IMG/VR virus record: IMGVR_UViG_3300012936_000001
Location: 64,001 to 128,000 of that record
DNA from: a virus
Strand: one strand, 5' to 3'
Length of the DNA: 64,000 nt
Positions within the stretch are counted from its first letter, which is position 1; each line of letters begins with the position of its first letter. Below the pieces are notes generated by a model. It ran no database searches. It was not told where the DNA came from and worked only from the letters and a program-made list of their open reading frames with translations. The position numbers and the translations under genes are program-made. Shown piece after piece: positions 48,646-57,432 of the stretch.

Positions 48646-48800
48646 CCATAGGTGATTATGTTATGAAAATTATGGGATACGGAGCCGGAAAACTAACCGG
48701 CGTTGTTGTTGGCATCGAAAAAGAAAAGGTCGTTGTCTTTACGGAAAATGAAATAGACAGGTGGCATTTAAGATTTGTAAGGGTGATGTATGAAATATAA
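48624..48800 (+). CDS. Small SH3/KOW-like protein (below ORF-track cutoff)
   Basis: GTG after GGGAGA; MSESPELAIGDYVMKIMGYGAGKLTGVVVGIEKEKVVVF. Fills the gap between Fpg and the MTase. Confidence 0.5.
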   Translation: MSESPELAIGDYVMKIMGYGAGKLTGVVVGIEKEKVVVFTENEIDRWHLRFVRVMYEI

Positions 48801-49401
48801 AACAATTCTAGCAGACCCTCCATGGAAATTATGCACCGGCGGCCAAAAATCTCTGGCGGTACATACACATTATCCTGTACAGACAAAAGACCAGATTATA
48901 TCAACGATGACCAATTGGTTATCACAATACGAGGTAGCAGATGAGGCTCATTTATATTTGTGGACAGTTAATTCTTATTCCGCCGGCTATTCAAGAGGCA
49001 TTCTTGATGCCGTTGACGTTTGTAACGCTCTTGGCTTTCGACCTGTAACGAACATCGTCTGGACAAAGCCCCAATCAAATCCAACTCCGTATGGTCAAAG
49101 AGCAGTTGAGCTTTGTCTTTTTGGCGCAAAATGGAGAAAGGGAAACCATAGAGAGGTCATGTATAAAGGAACCAATAATCAAGAATGCGTAGCACAGGCC
49201 GGTCTTGTAAGAAGCACGGATTGGTTCACTTCAGACAGGAGAGAACACTCAAGAAAGCCAGATGAATTTTATGAATACATAATGAATAGATCCAAGGGCC
49301 CATATCTTGAACTATACAGCAGAACAGCTCATCCAAAATGGGACTCTGTCGGAAATCAAACTGGAAAATTTAATATTAACACAAACCAAAAAGATAATTA
49401 A
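48790..49401 (+). CDS. MT-A70-family adenine methyltransferase
   Basis: YKTILADPPW, HLYLW, IVWTK, E.CLFG, HSRKP and YLELYSR motifs. Confidence 0.88.
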   Translation: MKYKTILADPPWKLCTGGQKSLAVHTHYPVQTKDQIISTMTNWLSQYEVADEAHLYLWTVNSYSAGYSRGILDAVDVCNALGFRPVTNIVWTKPQSNPTPYGQRAVELCLFGAKWRKGNHREVMYKGTNNQECVAQAGLVRSTDWFTSDRREHSRKPDEFYEYIMNRSKGPYLELYSRTAHPKWDSVGNQTGKFNINTNQKDN

Positions 49402-49415
49402 CAACAGGAGAAAAC

Positions 49416-49649
49416 ATGAAATTATCCGATAACACAATCGCACAAATCGCAAAATGCCTTCAGGTAGCAATTCTATCAGGGACGGATGTCGTTGATAATT
49501 TGCGACAACTCCGGCTCGTAGCAAATGGAGAGATGCTCGAAGTTGATCCCAAGTACATGTCAGACTTTGAACACGCACTCGCAAAGATGGTGGAAGAACT
49601 AGAAGAGAAAAGCGACCCGAATCAACTAGGACTTTTTGACGAGACGTGA
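49416..49649 (+). CDS. Hypothetical protein
   Basis: AGGAG RBS; 77 aa. Confidence 0.7.
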   Translation: MKLSDNTIAQIAKCLQVAILSGTDVVDNLRQLRLVANGEMLEVDPKYMSDFEHALAKMVEELEEKSDPNQLGLFDET

Positions 49650-50371
49650 AAAACAAAAAATCAAAACTAAGAATAGATAATGCCGCAGCAATGATAAAAA
49701 ATTCATATCAGATGCACCGCGGCATGATCTCTATTCATGGGGAGTATACTCGAGACTTAAATGAAATATTGGAAAAATTTGATCAAGAAGCTTCTAGTGA
49801 GAAAAAGAACGGTGAAAAAATGTCAGATTCTACAGAGGTTACAGTAGGCATAGGAGATTCGCAATCAAGTAATCAGGCACCAAAAAAAGAAAAAACAAAA
49901 AGATATAAAAAGCTTGACAAAAAAAGAAAAATAATTCCCGCGAAAGAAGTTCATCCACCTTGGGCAAAGGAATTATACAGAAAAATAATGAGAAAATGCC
50001 ACCCGGACATTTTGCAAAATTCTACTATATCGGCCGTAGAAAAACAATACAGGGCCGAAGTCGTACTTCAGGTTACAGAAGCAATAAAAAACAGAGAATA
50101 TGCCGAGATTCTCTTCCTTGGGATAACTGTCGAATCCTACACGGAAAAATTAAAAGCTTCTGACCAATTAAAGATGTTGAATAACATGTTTGCAGGCCTT
50201 GCCGATAAGATAGACAAAATTCAAAATTCTGTCTCTTGGCTATGGGGAATAAATTGGGACAATATTGAGTCTCGCGTTCATATAATACAAGTTGTAATGA
50301 GATCAAAGGGTTTTCCGTTACCTTCCCGGCAAGAAATAATTGCAAAAATTGTAGAACACGAATTAGAATAA
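49646..50371 (+). CDS. J-domain-containing protein
   Basis: AKELYRKIMRKCHPD followed by a helix ending EAIK; HPD motif intact. Confidence 0.65.
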   Translation: MKNKKSKLRIDNAAAMIKNSYQMHRGMISIHGEYTRDLNEILEKFDQEASSEKKNGEKMSDSTEVTVGIGDSQSSNQAPKKEKTKRYKKLDKKRKIIPAKEVHPPWAKELYRKIMRKCHPDILQNSTISAVEKQYRAEVVLQVTEAIKNREYAEILFLGITVESYTEKLKASDQLKMLNNMFAGLADKIDKIQNSVSWLWGINWDNIESRVHIIQVVMRSKGFPLPSRQEIIAKIVEHELE

Positions 50372-50425
50372 ATTCTGTGTAGCCAGGCCACAAATGTGCT
50401 AAATTATCATATGGCAGGAGGAACT

Positions 50426-50578
50426 ATGTCAAATCCATGGGACTATGAATATCATCACCCAAATAAATCAATACGCAAAAAATCAAAAGAAGCAATAAAG
50501 ACTTTTGTATTTGCTACTGCAATCGTTGTAGGAATTTATTACCACTTTCTAAAAAGCAATGTAAAACCAATCAATTAA
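50426..50578 (+). CDS. Small membrane protein
   Basis: AGGAGG RBS; one hydrophobic helix. Confidence 0.5.
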   Translation: MSNPWDYEYHHPNKSIRKKSKEAIKTFVFATAIVVGIYYHFLKSNVKPIN

Positions 50579-50587
50579 AATTACAAT
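50559..50587 (+). promoter_or_regulatory. Sigma70-like promoter ATGTAA-N17-TACAAT
   Basis: Upstream of dnaE. Confidence 0.5.
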
Positions 50588-50610
50588 AGTAATGAACTAT
50601 AGGAGAATAA

Positions 50611-53600
50611 ATGAAACCAACAAAATTTGTCGGATTGCATGCTCACGATGGCTTTTCGACTTTCGATGGCCTTGACTATCCACAGGATCACATTGACTTT
50701 GTAAGATCCAACGGCATGAATGCAATGGCCATTACGAATCACGGGCACATGAATTCGTATGCACACGCGCAGCTTCACGTTGAAAAGATTAATAAAGCCG
50801 GAGCTAATTTCAAGTTCATTCCAGGCTGTGAGATGTATGTTCATCCCGACTTGAATCTTTGGCAACTAGAATACGACATTCGCAAAGCGAAGAAGAAGGG
50901 CAACCTAGAAGAGGCGGCCCGCCTAGAAGAACTACGTAAAGAGATAGATCCCACCATTCAATCGTCTGGTGATGATGTCGAAGAAGTTGCAACAGAAGAC
51001 GCCGGTCTAACGATCGAGAATGAAGACGAAACAAAGTCTGGAAAGTTCTTTGATCCAATCAAAAGACGTCACCACTTGGTAGTTCTTCCTCGAACCTCAA
51101 CAGGGCTGCAGCGGCTTTTTCATCTAGTGTCTCGTGGATACAAGGAAGGATTTTATCGCTTTCCTCGAGTTGATTATAAGATGTTGAAAGAGGCTGCCAA
51201 AGGTGGACATATAATGGTGTCGACAGCCTGCCTAGGTGGTCCGTTGAGCTATGAAGTCTTCAAGCAGTTGGATGGAATAGAGTTCGATGACATACGCCCT
51301 GAACTTCTTGATAATCCAGAATTACGCAAAAAGATTATGCAGAACGTATCCATTGCATATAATCAGCTGGTCAATGCAATCGGAGAAGAGGGAGTAATGC
51401 TCGAACTTCAGTTCAATCGACTCGGCGCACAACATCTTGTGAATCGCGTTCTTATTGAGTTCGCTCGAGATAATGGCCTTACAGATAAACTCATCGTAAC
51501 ATGTGATTCACATTATTCAAAGCCTTCGCATTGGAAAGAGCGTGAGCTTTACAAAAAACTTGGATGGATGAATCACCGTGAATTCTCACCGGATTCTTTG
51601 CCGAAGTCTATCGAAGAACTCAAGTGTGAACTGTATCCAAAGAATGCAGATCAGGTGTGGCAGTCATACAAAGATACAACGCAGGGAATGCCGTTCTATT
51701 CAGACAAGGAAGTATTCGATGCTGTCGAACGCACTCACTATATTGCCTATGAGATGATTGGAGATATTCAGCCGGATCGCTCTCAAAAGCTTCCGTCGTA
51801 TGTAATCCCAAAAGACAAGACAGCTGATCAGGCACTTATTCTTTCATGTAAAAAAGGGCTTGTTGAAAGAGGTCTGCATAAAAGTAAAGAATACATCGAT
51901 CGACTTAAGTATGAACTTACGGTCATCAAATCAAAGAACTTTTCAGAATACTTCTTGACCACCAAGGCAATTATCGACTTGGCAAGAAAGCATATGTTCG
52001 TCGGCCCCGGCCGCGGCTCTGGAGCCGGTTCACTTGTGAATTATGTACTCGGTATCACAGATGTTGATCCTATCAAGTATGGTCTTCTCTTTGAAAGATT
52101 CTTGTCTCCTGACCGAAAAGACATGCCAGACATCGATACAGACATCGGCGACCGAGATCAATTGATTACCTTGATGCGTGAAGAGTTCGGAACAGAGAAC
52201 ATTGTTCCTATCTCAAACTACAATACTTTCAAACTCAAGTCATTGGTAAAAGACATATCTAGATTCTATGGCATTGAGTTCTCAAAGGTAAACAAGGTTC
52301 TATCAAGTCTAGACCGAGATGTTCGCCAAGGGCTTCGATCGGACGGTGTAGAAGTGAATGGCCCTGTCGAAGCAAAGCTAGAGTGGGCAATAAAGTATTC
52401 TCCGGCTTTCTCAAAATTCATCGAAGATCATCCGGAGATTGCAGAACCTATTGATGTATTGTTCAAACAGAACAAGGCGCTTGGCCGACATGCAGGTGGA
52501 GTTATTGTATCAGAAAATATTGCAGAACGAATGCCTCTCATTCTTGCTCGTGGAGAACTACAGACTCCGTGGGTAGAAGGAGCTTCGTACAAACATCTAG
52601 AACATTTTGGTTGGGTAAAGTTTGATCTTCTCGGCCTAGAAACTCTTCGGATCATAGAAAGAACAATCGAGCTTATTCTCAAGAGAAAGAAAGGAATCAA
52701 GGATCCATCGTTCGATCAGATCAAGGATTGGTTCAATGAGAATATGGCAACGGACACTATCGACTTTGATGATCAACGAGTGTATAAAAACGTGTATCAT
52801 AAAGGCAAGTGGGCTGGTATATTTCAGTGTACTCAGGCAGGTGCCCAACAATTGTTCAAGAAGGCTCAACCGTGTTCGATTGTAGATATAGCAACGCTAA
52901 CTTCTATCTATCGTCCAGGACCGCTTGGAGCAAACGTAGATAGATTGTATCTTCGCAACAAGAAGGAGTACAGTGCAACATACGGCCATCCTCTCATCGA
53001 AAAGATTCTTGAAGAGACATTCGGTTGCATTATCTTTCAAGAGCAGGTGATGGAGCTTGCGAACAAGGTTGCTGGTATTCCAAAAGAGGAATGTAATTCT
53101 GTACGTAAAATGATGAAGCCGCAAGGCTCATCCAAAGATGCTTTGTCAAAAGCAAAAGCACTGGAAGATAGATTCGTCGGCGGCTGTATCGAGAATGGCA
53201 TCTCTAGAAAGATTGCTCAAAAGTTGTTCGATGACATTATGTTGTTCGCATCGTATGGGTTCAATAAGTCACACGCGGTTGCTTATGCGATTGATTCGTA
53301 CTATTGTGCTTGGCTGATGACATACCATGAAGAAGAATGGCTCTGTGCGTATCTCGAATCCATGGAAGGCAATCCGGACAAACGAGGAAAAGCTTTCTCC
53401 GAAGTCCAAGCTCTGGGATATGAGATTGTTCCAATCGATATCAACTACGCTGAAAAGAACTGGACTATTCTTCCAGGAAAGAAGTTCATGCCATCGTTCC
53501 GTTCCTGCAAAGGGATTGGCGATACGGCGATCGATGAGATAATAGAGAATAGACCTTATCATTCTTTCAATGAGATGTTCTGGACCGATGAAGGAAAGTG

Positions 53601-54192
53601 GAAACTCAGCAAGTTCAACAAGCGTGCCATAGAAAGCCTTATTCGGATCAAGGCTCTCGAGTCGATGGGCGAGATAGGCGATGGCAAACTGTTTGAGTCC
53701 TACAAACACGCGTATGAGTCGATTATACCAAATTGGAATAATATCCGAAAGTCTCTCAAGAAGAATCCACTTCAAGGCAAAGATAATTTCTACGAAGCAG
53801 TCGAGACAAATGCCGGCTGCGGTGAGTGGACTCGGATGGAAATCATCAAGAATGATATGGACCTTCTAGGATCAGTGTCCGTAGAGAAGATCGTGCCGCC
53901 TCGATACTTGAAGAGGTTCAGCCAAGAAGGATTTTTACCGGTTGATGAATATGCCGGCAGATATTTTTACTGGTTCATTGTCGTTCAAATGACTCCGAAG
54001 AAAACAAAAAACGGGAAGTCTTATCTCCGACTAAAGATTATGGGACAAAACGGCCGGCAGGAATGGATGAACGTCTGGTCCTGGAATGGAATAGACCAGA
54101 TCGACCCTTATACGGTCTGTGTTGCTGAAGTCTCAGAGAATGCGTTCGGAAAGTCTTCTCGCTGGTCACGATTCGAAATATTCACAGAATAA
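50611..54192 (+). CDS. dnaE: DNA polymerase III alpha subunit (family C)
   Basis: PHP domain (LHAH, TNHG, STACLGG, DSHY), GRGSGAGSL, MPDIDTD, HAGGV, KFDLLGL and YGFNKSHA motifs. Confidence 0.95.
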   Translation: MKPTKFVGLHAHDGFSTFDGLDYPQDHIDFVRSNGMNAMAITNHGHMNSYAHAQLHVEKINKAGANFKFIPGCEMYVHPDLNLWQLEYDIRKAKKKGNLEEAARLEELRKEIDPTIQSSGDDVEEVATEDAGLTIENEDETKSGKFFDPIKRRHHLVVLPRTSTGLQRLFHLVSRGYKEGFYRFPRVDYKMLKEAAKGGHIMVSTACLGGPLSYEVFKQLDGIEFDDIRPELLDNPELRKKIMQNVSIAYNQLVNAIGEEGVMLELQFNRLGAQHLVNRVLIEFARDNGLTDKLIVTCDSHYSKPSHWKERELYKKLGWMNHREFSPDSLPKSIEELKCELYPKNADQVWQSYKDTTQGMPFYSDKEVFDAVERTHYIAYEMIGDIQPDRSQKLPSYVIPKDKTADQALILSCKKGLVERGLHKSKEYIDRLKYELTVIKSKNFSEYFLTTKAIIDLARKHMFVGPGRGSGAGSLVNYVLGITDVDPIKYGLLFERFLSPDRKDMPDIDTDIGDRDQLITLMREEFGTENIVPISNYNTFKLKSLVKDISRFYGIEFSKVNKVLSSLDRDVRQGLRSDGVEVNGPVEAKLEWAIKYSPAFSKFIEDHPEIAEPIDVLFKQNKALGRHAGGVIVSENIAERMPLILARGELQTPWVEGASYKHLEHFGWVKFDLLGLETLRIIERTIELILKRKKGIKDPSFDQIKDWFNENMATDTIDFDDQRVYKNVYHKGKWAGIFQCTQAGAQQLFKKAQPCSIVDIATLTSIYRPGPLGANVDRLYLRNKKEYSATYGHPLIEKILEETFGCIIFQEQVMELANKVAGIPKEECNSVRKMMKPQGSSKDALSKAKALEDRFVGGCIENGISRKIAQKLFDDIMLFASYGFNKSHAVAYAIDSYYCAWLMTYHEEEWLCAYLESMEGNPDKRGKAFSEVQALGYEIVPIDINYAEKNWTILPGKKFMPSFRSCKGIGDTAIDEIIENRPYHSFNEMFWTDEGKWKLSKFNKRAIESLIRIKALESMGEIGDGKLFESYKHAYESIIPNWNNIRKSLKKNPLQGKDNFYEAVETNAGCGEWTRMEIIKNDMDLLGSVSVEKIVPPRYLKRFSQEGFLPVDEYAGRYFYWFIVVQMTPKKTKNGKSYLRLKIMGQNGRQEWMNVWSWNGIDQIDPYTVCVAEVSENAFGKSSRWSRFEIFTE

Positions 54193-54194
54193 TC

Positions 54195-54223
54195 ATGTAA
54201 ATACAAATAACCATTAGTATAAT
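54195..54223 (+). promoter_or_regulatory. Sigma70-like promoter ATGTAA-N17-TATAAT
   Basis: Upstream of the TS-fold gene. Confidence 0.6.
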
Positions 54224-54244
54224 ATAACAGCACACGGAGTAAAA

Positions 54245-55108
54245 ATGAAAACTGTATTCAGAGATCTCAATAAAGCCTTTGTGTTTTCGCTCGCAGCTCT
54301 CCAGAGGGATGGTAAGCTTGTGAACTCGCGAGGCACAAAACAAAAAGAAATAATCAATTATAACATCTGTATTCTAGATCCGACCGCACTGTCTATCGAA
54401 CCAAGGGCACGTAAGTTCAATCCAAGCTATGCAACAACAGAATGGTTATGGTATTTGAGCCAATCTCGTTCGGCAAAAAATATTGGCAAAATGGCAGGAA
54501 TATGGAAAAAGATAGCAGACGGAAGAGATGAGGTAGAAAGCAACTACGGCACATATATTTTTGAACAGTGGAACTGGGCAGTACAAGAACTGTTACTTGA
54601 TAAAGATACCCGCCGTGCAACGATTGCAATCAACCAGCCATTTCACAAGTATGCCAATCCATGCGACTATCCATGTACACAGTATCTTCAGTTCTTGATA
54701 AGGGACAACAAACTTCATCTAATCGTCAACATGAGATCAAATGATGCAGTATTCGGTTTTTGCAATGATGTTTTTGCCTTCTCATTATTTCAACAGATGA
54801 TGCTTAACGAACTTAACTACAATGACCGGGAAGGAGGCAAAGCACTTGAACTAGGGCATTATTATCACCACGCTGGATCGTTCCATATATATGAATCTCA
54901 TTGGCCAATGATGGATAAGATACTCAGCAACTACTATCCGTTATACTTGCAAAAAGAGGGTTCTGGTGAACTTCCAAAACTCAAGAAATACAAACTGCGA
55001 GAAACTGTCCATGGCTTCGTCGGTAGGTATATGTTGCCAGAAGATGACATGACGAAAGAACAAATAAAAGAATTCACCCAAAAGATAGCAAAGGAAATCT
55101 ATGTCTAA
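54245..55108 (+). CDS. Thymidylate-synthase-fold enzyme, probable dCMP hydroxymethylase (T4 gp42-like)
   Basis: E.LWYL, SNYG, DTRRA, PCT (catalytic Cys), MRSNDAVFGFCND (Asp at the dCMP-specificity position) and SFHIYE motifs. Confidence 0.75.
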   Translation: MKTVFRDLNKAFVFSLAALQRDGKLVNSRGTKQKEIINYNICILDPTALSIEPRARKFNPSYATTEWLWYLSQSRSAKNIGKMAGIWKKIADGRDEVESNYGTYIFEQWNWAVQELLLDKDTRRATIAINQPFHKYANPCDYPCTQYLQFLIRDNKLHLIVNMRSNDAVFGFCNDVFAFSLFQQMMLNELNYNDREGGKALELGHYYHHAGSFHIYESHWPMMDKILSNYYPLYLQKEGSGELPKLKKYKLRETVHGFVGRYMLPEDDMTKEQIKEFTQKIAKEIYV

Positions 55109-55613
55109 TATATTAGAACAAGCAAACAACATTATCAACAATCGATCGGAAGAAAAAGAACGCCAATACGGCCCAATGGGAGAAGGCTTTGAAAGAGCCG
55201 CAATGATTGCGTCAGGTATGTCTGGAAAAGAATGGACCGCTCATGACATGTTTATTGCAATGGTAGCACTCAAATTCTCGAGACAGTCTTATAATTTCAA
55301 AGAAGACAATCTTCTCGACGCTGTCGCATACCTTGGAGCGTGGCAAAATTACATCGATGAACAAGAGAAAAAGAAAGATGAACAAGAGAAAAAGAAAGAT
55401 GAAGAACAAAAACACGAAGGAAAAATTATTAAGAATGATTTCCTCTCGGCGGTTGGAAATCAGACGCATGAGGATCTTAAAAAGGAGTCGATTCAAAAAA
55501 AATCAGATTCGCACAACCCCTATTCTCTTAAGAAAGCTTTAGTTGAACAAATGGGAAATCATGGTTATACTATGCTTGTTCCCCCATCATTTCAACACGA
55601 GGATGAAAAATGA
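55101..55613 (+). CDS. Small helical protein (DUF6378-like)
   Basis: ILEQAN.I...R...YG...F...A...M.ALK.SR...K.DN..D...Y pattern. Confidence 0.6.
   Translation: MSNILEQANNIINNRSEEKERQYGPMGEGFERAAMIASGMSGKEWTAHDMFIAMVALKFSRQSYNFKEDNLLDAVAYLGAWQNYIDEQEKKKDEQEKKKDEEQKHEGKIIKNDFLSAVGNQTHEDLKKESIQKKSDSHNPYSLKKALVEQMGNHGYTMLVPPSFQHEDEK
55356..55403 (+). repeat. In-frame 21-nt tandem duplication (DEQEKKK x2)
   Basis: GATGAACAAGAGAAAAAGAAA twice, plus a partial copy. Confidence 0.9.
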
Positions 55614-56056
55614 AAATTTGGAAAATGAGAGAAGTAAAAACACCTACAAGAGGCACGCCAGGATCTGCTGGAATTGATTTCTATGTTCCTGAAGATTATC
55701 CGGATAGTCTTTGTACCATAGCCCCGGGAGAAAGATTCTTTATTCCATCTGGAATTAAAGCGAATGTACCTGATGGTTTTGCGCTTATAGCCATGAACAA
55801 ATCTGGCGTTTCAATGAAGAAAGGCCTAATGGTTGGTGCATGCGTTGTCGATTCTGACTATCAAGGTGAAATTCATCTACATCTAATCAATACTTCAAAT
55901 AAGAAAGTTACTATATCGCCAGGAGAGAAGCTGATTCAATTTCTATTAGTGCCAGTAAGCCACTGTGAAGTAGAAGTAGTTAAGTGGCCGGATGAGTTGT
56001 TCGATCAAGAGACAATAAGAGGCTCAGGTGGATTCGGCTCAACGGGAACAAAATAG
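55610..56056 (+). CDS. dut: Trimeric dUTPase
   Basis: SAGIDF, KSG, VVDSDYQGEI, Q and RGSGGFGSTG motifs. Confidence 0.92.
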   Translation: MKIWKMREVKTPTRGTPGSAGIDFYVPEDYPDSLCTIAPGERFFIPSGIKANVPDGFALIAMNKSGVSMKKGLMVGACVVDSDYQGEIHLHLINTSNKKVTISPGEKLIQFLLVPVSHCEVEVVKWPDELFDQETIRGSGGFGSTGTK

Positions 56057-56106
56057 CTGAAGCGCATAAATATAAATTGCAATCTTCTAGAAATTGGAGA
56101 TAAGAA

Positions 56107-56997
56107 ATGATAGAACCTTCTTCCGTAAACATGGTGATATACCACGCAAACTGTAACGATGGATTTGGCGCAGCATACGCTGCTTGGAAACTGTTAGGAA
56201 ACAGAGCTGAGTACTATGCTGCCAATCACGGTACGCCGCCTCCTGACGTAAAGGGAAAGAAAGTAGTGATACTTGATTTTTCATATGGTAACACAACGAC
56301 AAAGCTTTTGATTGAAGACGCCGAATCTTTGTTTATTATCGATCATCATAAATCAAACATGGTTGAGCTCCATGACATTACAAATACACATTTTGATATG
56401 ACAAAAAGCGGTGCCATGCTATCATGGGAGTTCTTTCACCCAGGCAAAGAGGCGCCAAAATTTATTCAATATATACAGGACCGAGATCTCTGGAAGTGGG
56501 AACTACCGTATTCGAAAGAGTTCAGCGCTGCCTTTGACATGGTCCCATGGGAGTTTGACGAATATGAAAAATTTGAAGATGATTCTGTGTTCGACGATGC
56601 TGTTAAACGTGGATCATATATACTTGCATATTCAAAGACAGTGGTCAAGAAAGTATGCGATAAAGCGACAAAAAGAAATTTTGGAGAACATGATGTGATG
56701 GTCGTAAATTCTTCTCATTGGATGTCTGAAATTGGAGCTACTCTCGCAAAAGACTGCGACTTCGCGATGATATGGTACTACGATCACGATGAACAAATAT
56801 ACAAATGTTCGCTCAGAGCATTTCATGACACCGTCGACGTGTCTGAGATAGCAAAGAGATTCAAGGGAGGTGGTCATCGAAAGGCTGCGGGGTTTGTCCT
56901 GCCGAGGCAAAAACATCCGGATTCTATCTTCTTTCCGGAAAAAGAAATTAAGAATTGTGAATGGATGGAAGAAAGAGGAGAGTTCGGTGCCGACTAG
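56107..56997 (+). CDS. DHH/DHHA1 phosphoesterase (NrnB-like)
   Basis: YHANCNDG, LDFS, IDHHK, DRDLW, SLR and GGGHRKAAGF motifs. Confidence 0.88.
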   Translation: MIEPSSVNMVIYHANCNDGFGAAYAAWKLLGNRAEYYAANHGTPPPDVKGKKVVILDFSYGNTTTKLLIEDAESLFIIDHHKSNMVELHDITNTHFDMTKSGAMLSWEFFHPGKEAPKFIQYIQDRDLWKWELPYSKEFSAAFDMVPWEFDEYEKFEDDSVFDDAVKRGSYILAYSKTVVKKVCDKATKRNFGEHDVMVVNSSHWMSEIGATLAKDCDFAMIWYYDHDEQIYKCSLRAFHDTVDVSEIAKRFKGGGHRKAAGFVLPRQKHPDSIFFPEKEIKNCEWMEERGEFGAD

Positions 56998-57403
56998 ACC
57001 AGAATGGGATAAGATATGGACGGACTTCGCAAAGTTGATCTCTACTCGTTCAACAGATCCGACTTTCCAGGTAGGGTGTTGTATCGTGACACAAGACAAT
57101 ACTCAGGTACTCGCTATCGGATATAACGGAGACCACAAAGGTGGACCGAACGAGAGAGAATCAATGGAGCCTGGCCATTCGGGATTTATTCATGCAGAGA
57201 TTAACGCTCTTATTAAGATGGATTATAATAATCCAAAGAAGAAAACAATATATCTCACCTTATCTCCATGCAAATCCTGCTGTAAGGCCATAATTAATGG
57301 TGGTATAGATAGAGTAGTGTACACAACCGAGTACCGGGAAACATCTGGAATAGAATTATTACAAAAGGCAGGAATTGAGGTCGTATACTATTCTGCCGAA
57401 TAA
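56987..57403 (+). CDS. dCMP deaminase
   Basis: RS....QVG, GYNG, HAEINA and SPCKSC motifs; GTG start after GAGGAG. Confidence 0.9.
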   Translation: MPTRPEWDKIWTDFAKLISTRSTDPTFQVGCCIVTQDNTQVLAIGYNGDHKGGPNERESMEPGHSGFIHAEINALIKMDYNNPKKKTIYLTLSPCKSCCKAIINGGIDRVVYTTEYRETSGIELLQKAGIEVVYYSAE

Positions 57404-57407
57404 TTAT
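57400..57407 (+). promoter_or_regulatory. Putative late promoter (ATAATTAT)
   Basis: 33 nt upstream of ATG 57433. Confidence 0.5.
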
Positions 57408-57432
57408 TTGAAAGAATAGGAGAAATCAAGCG

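Noticed and set aside
54245-55108. Annotation as an ordinary thyA
   Set aside because: It has Asp rather than Asn at the specificity position, and thyX is already present.
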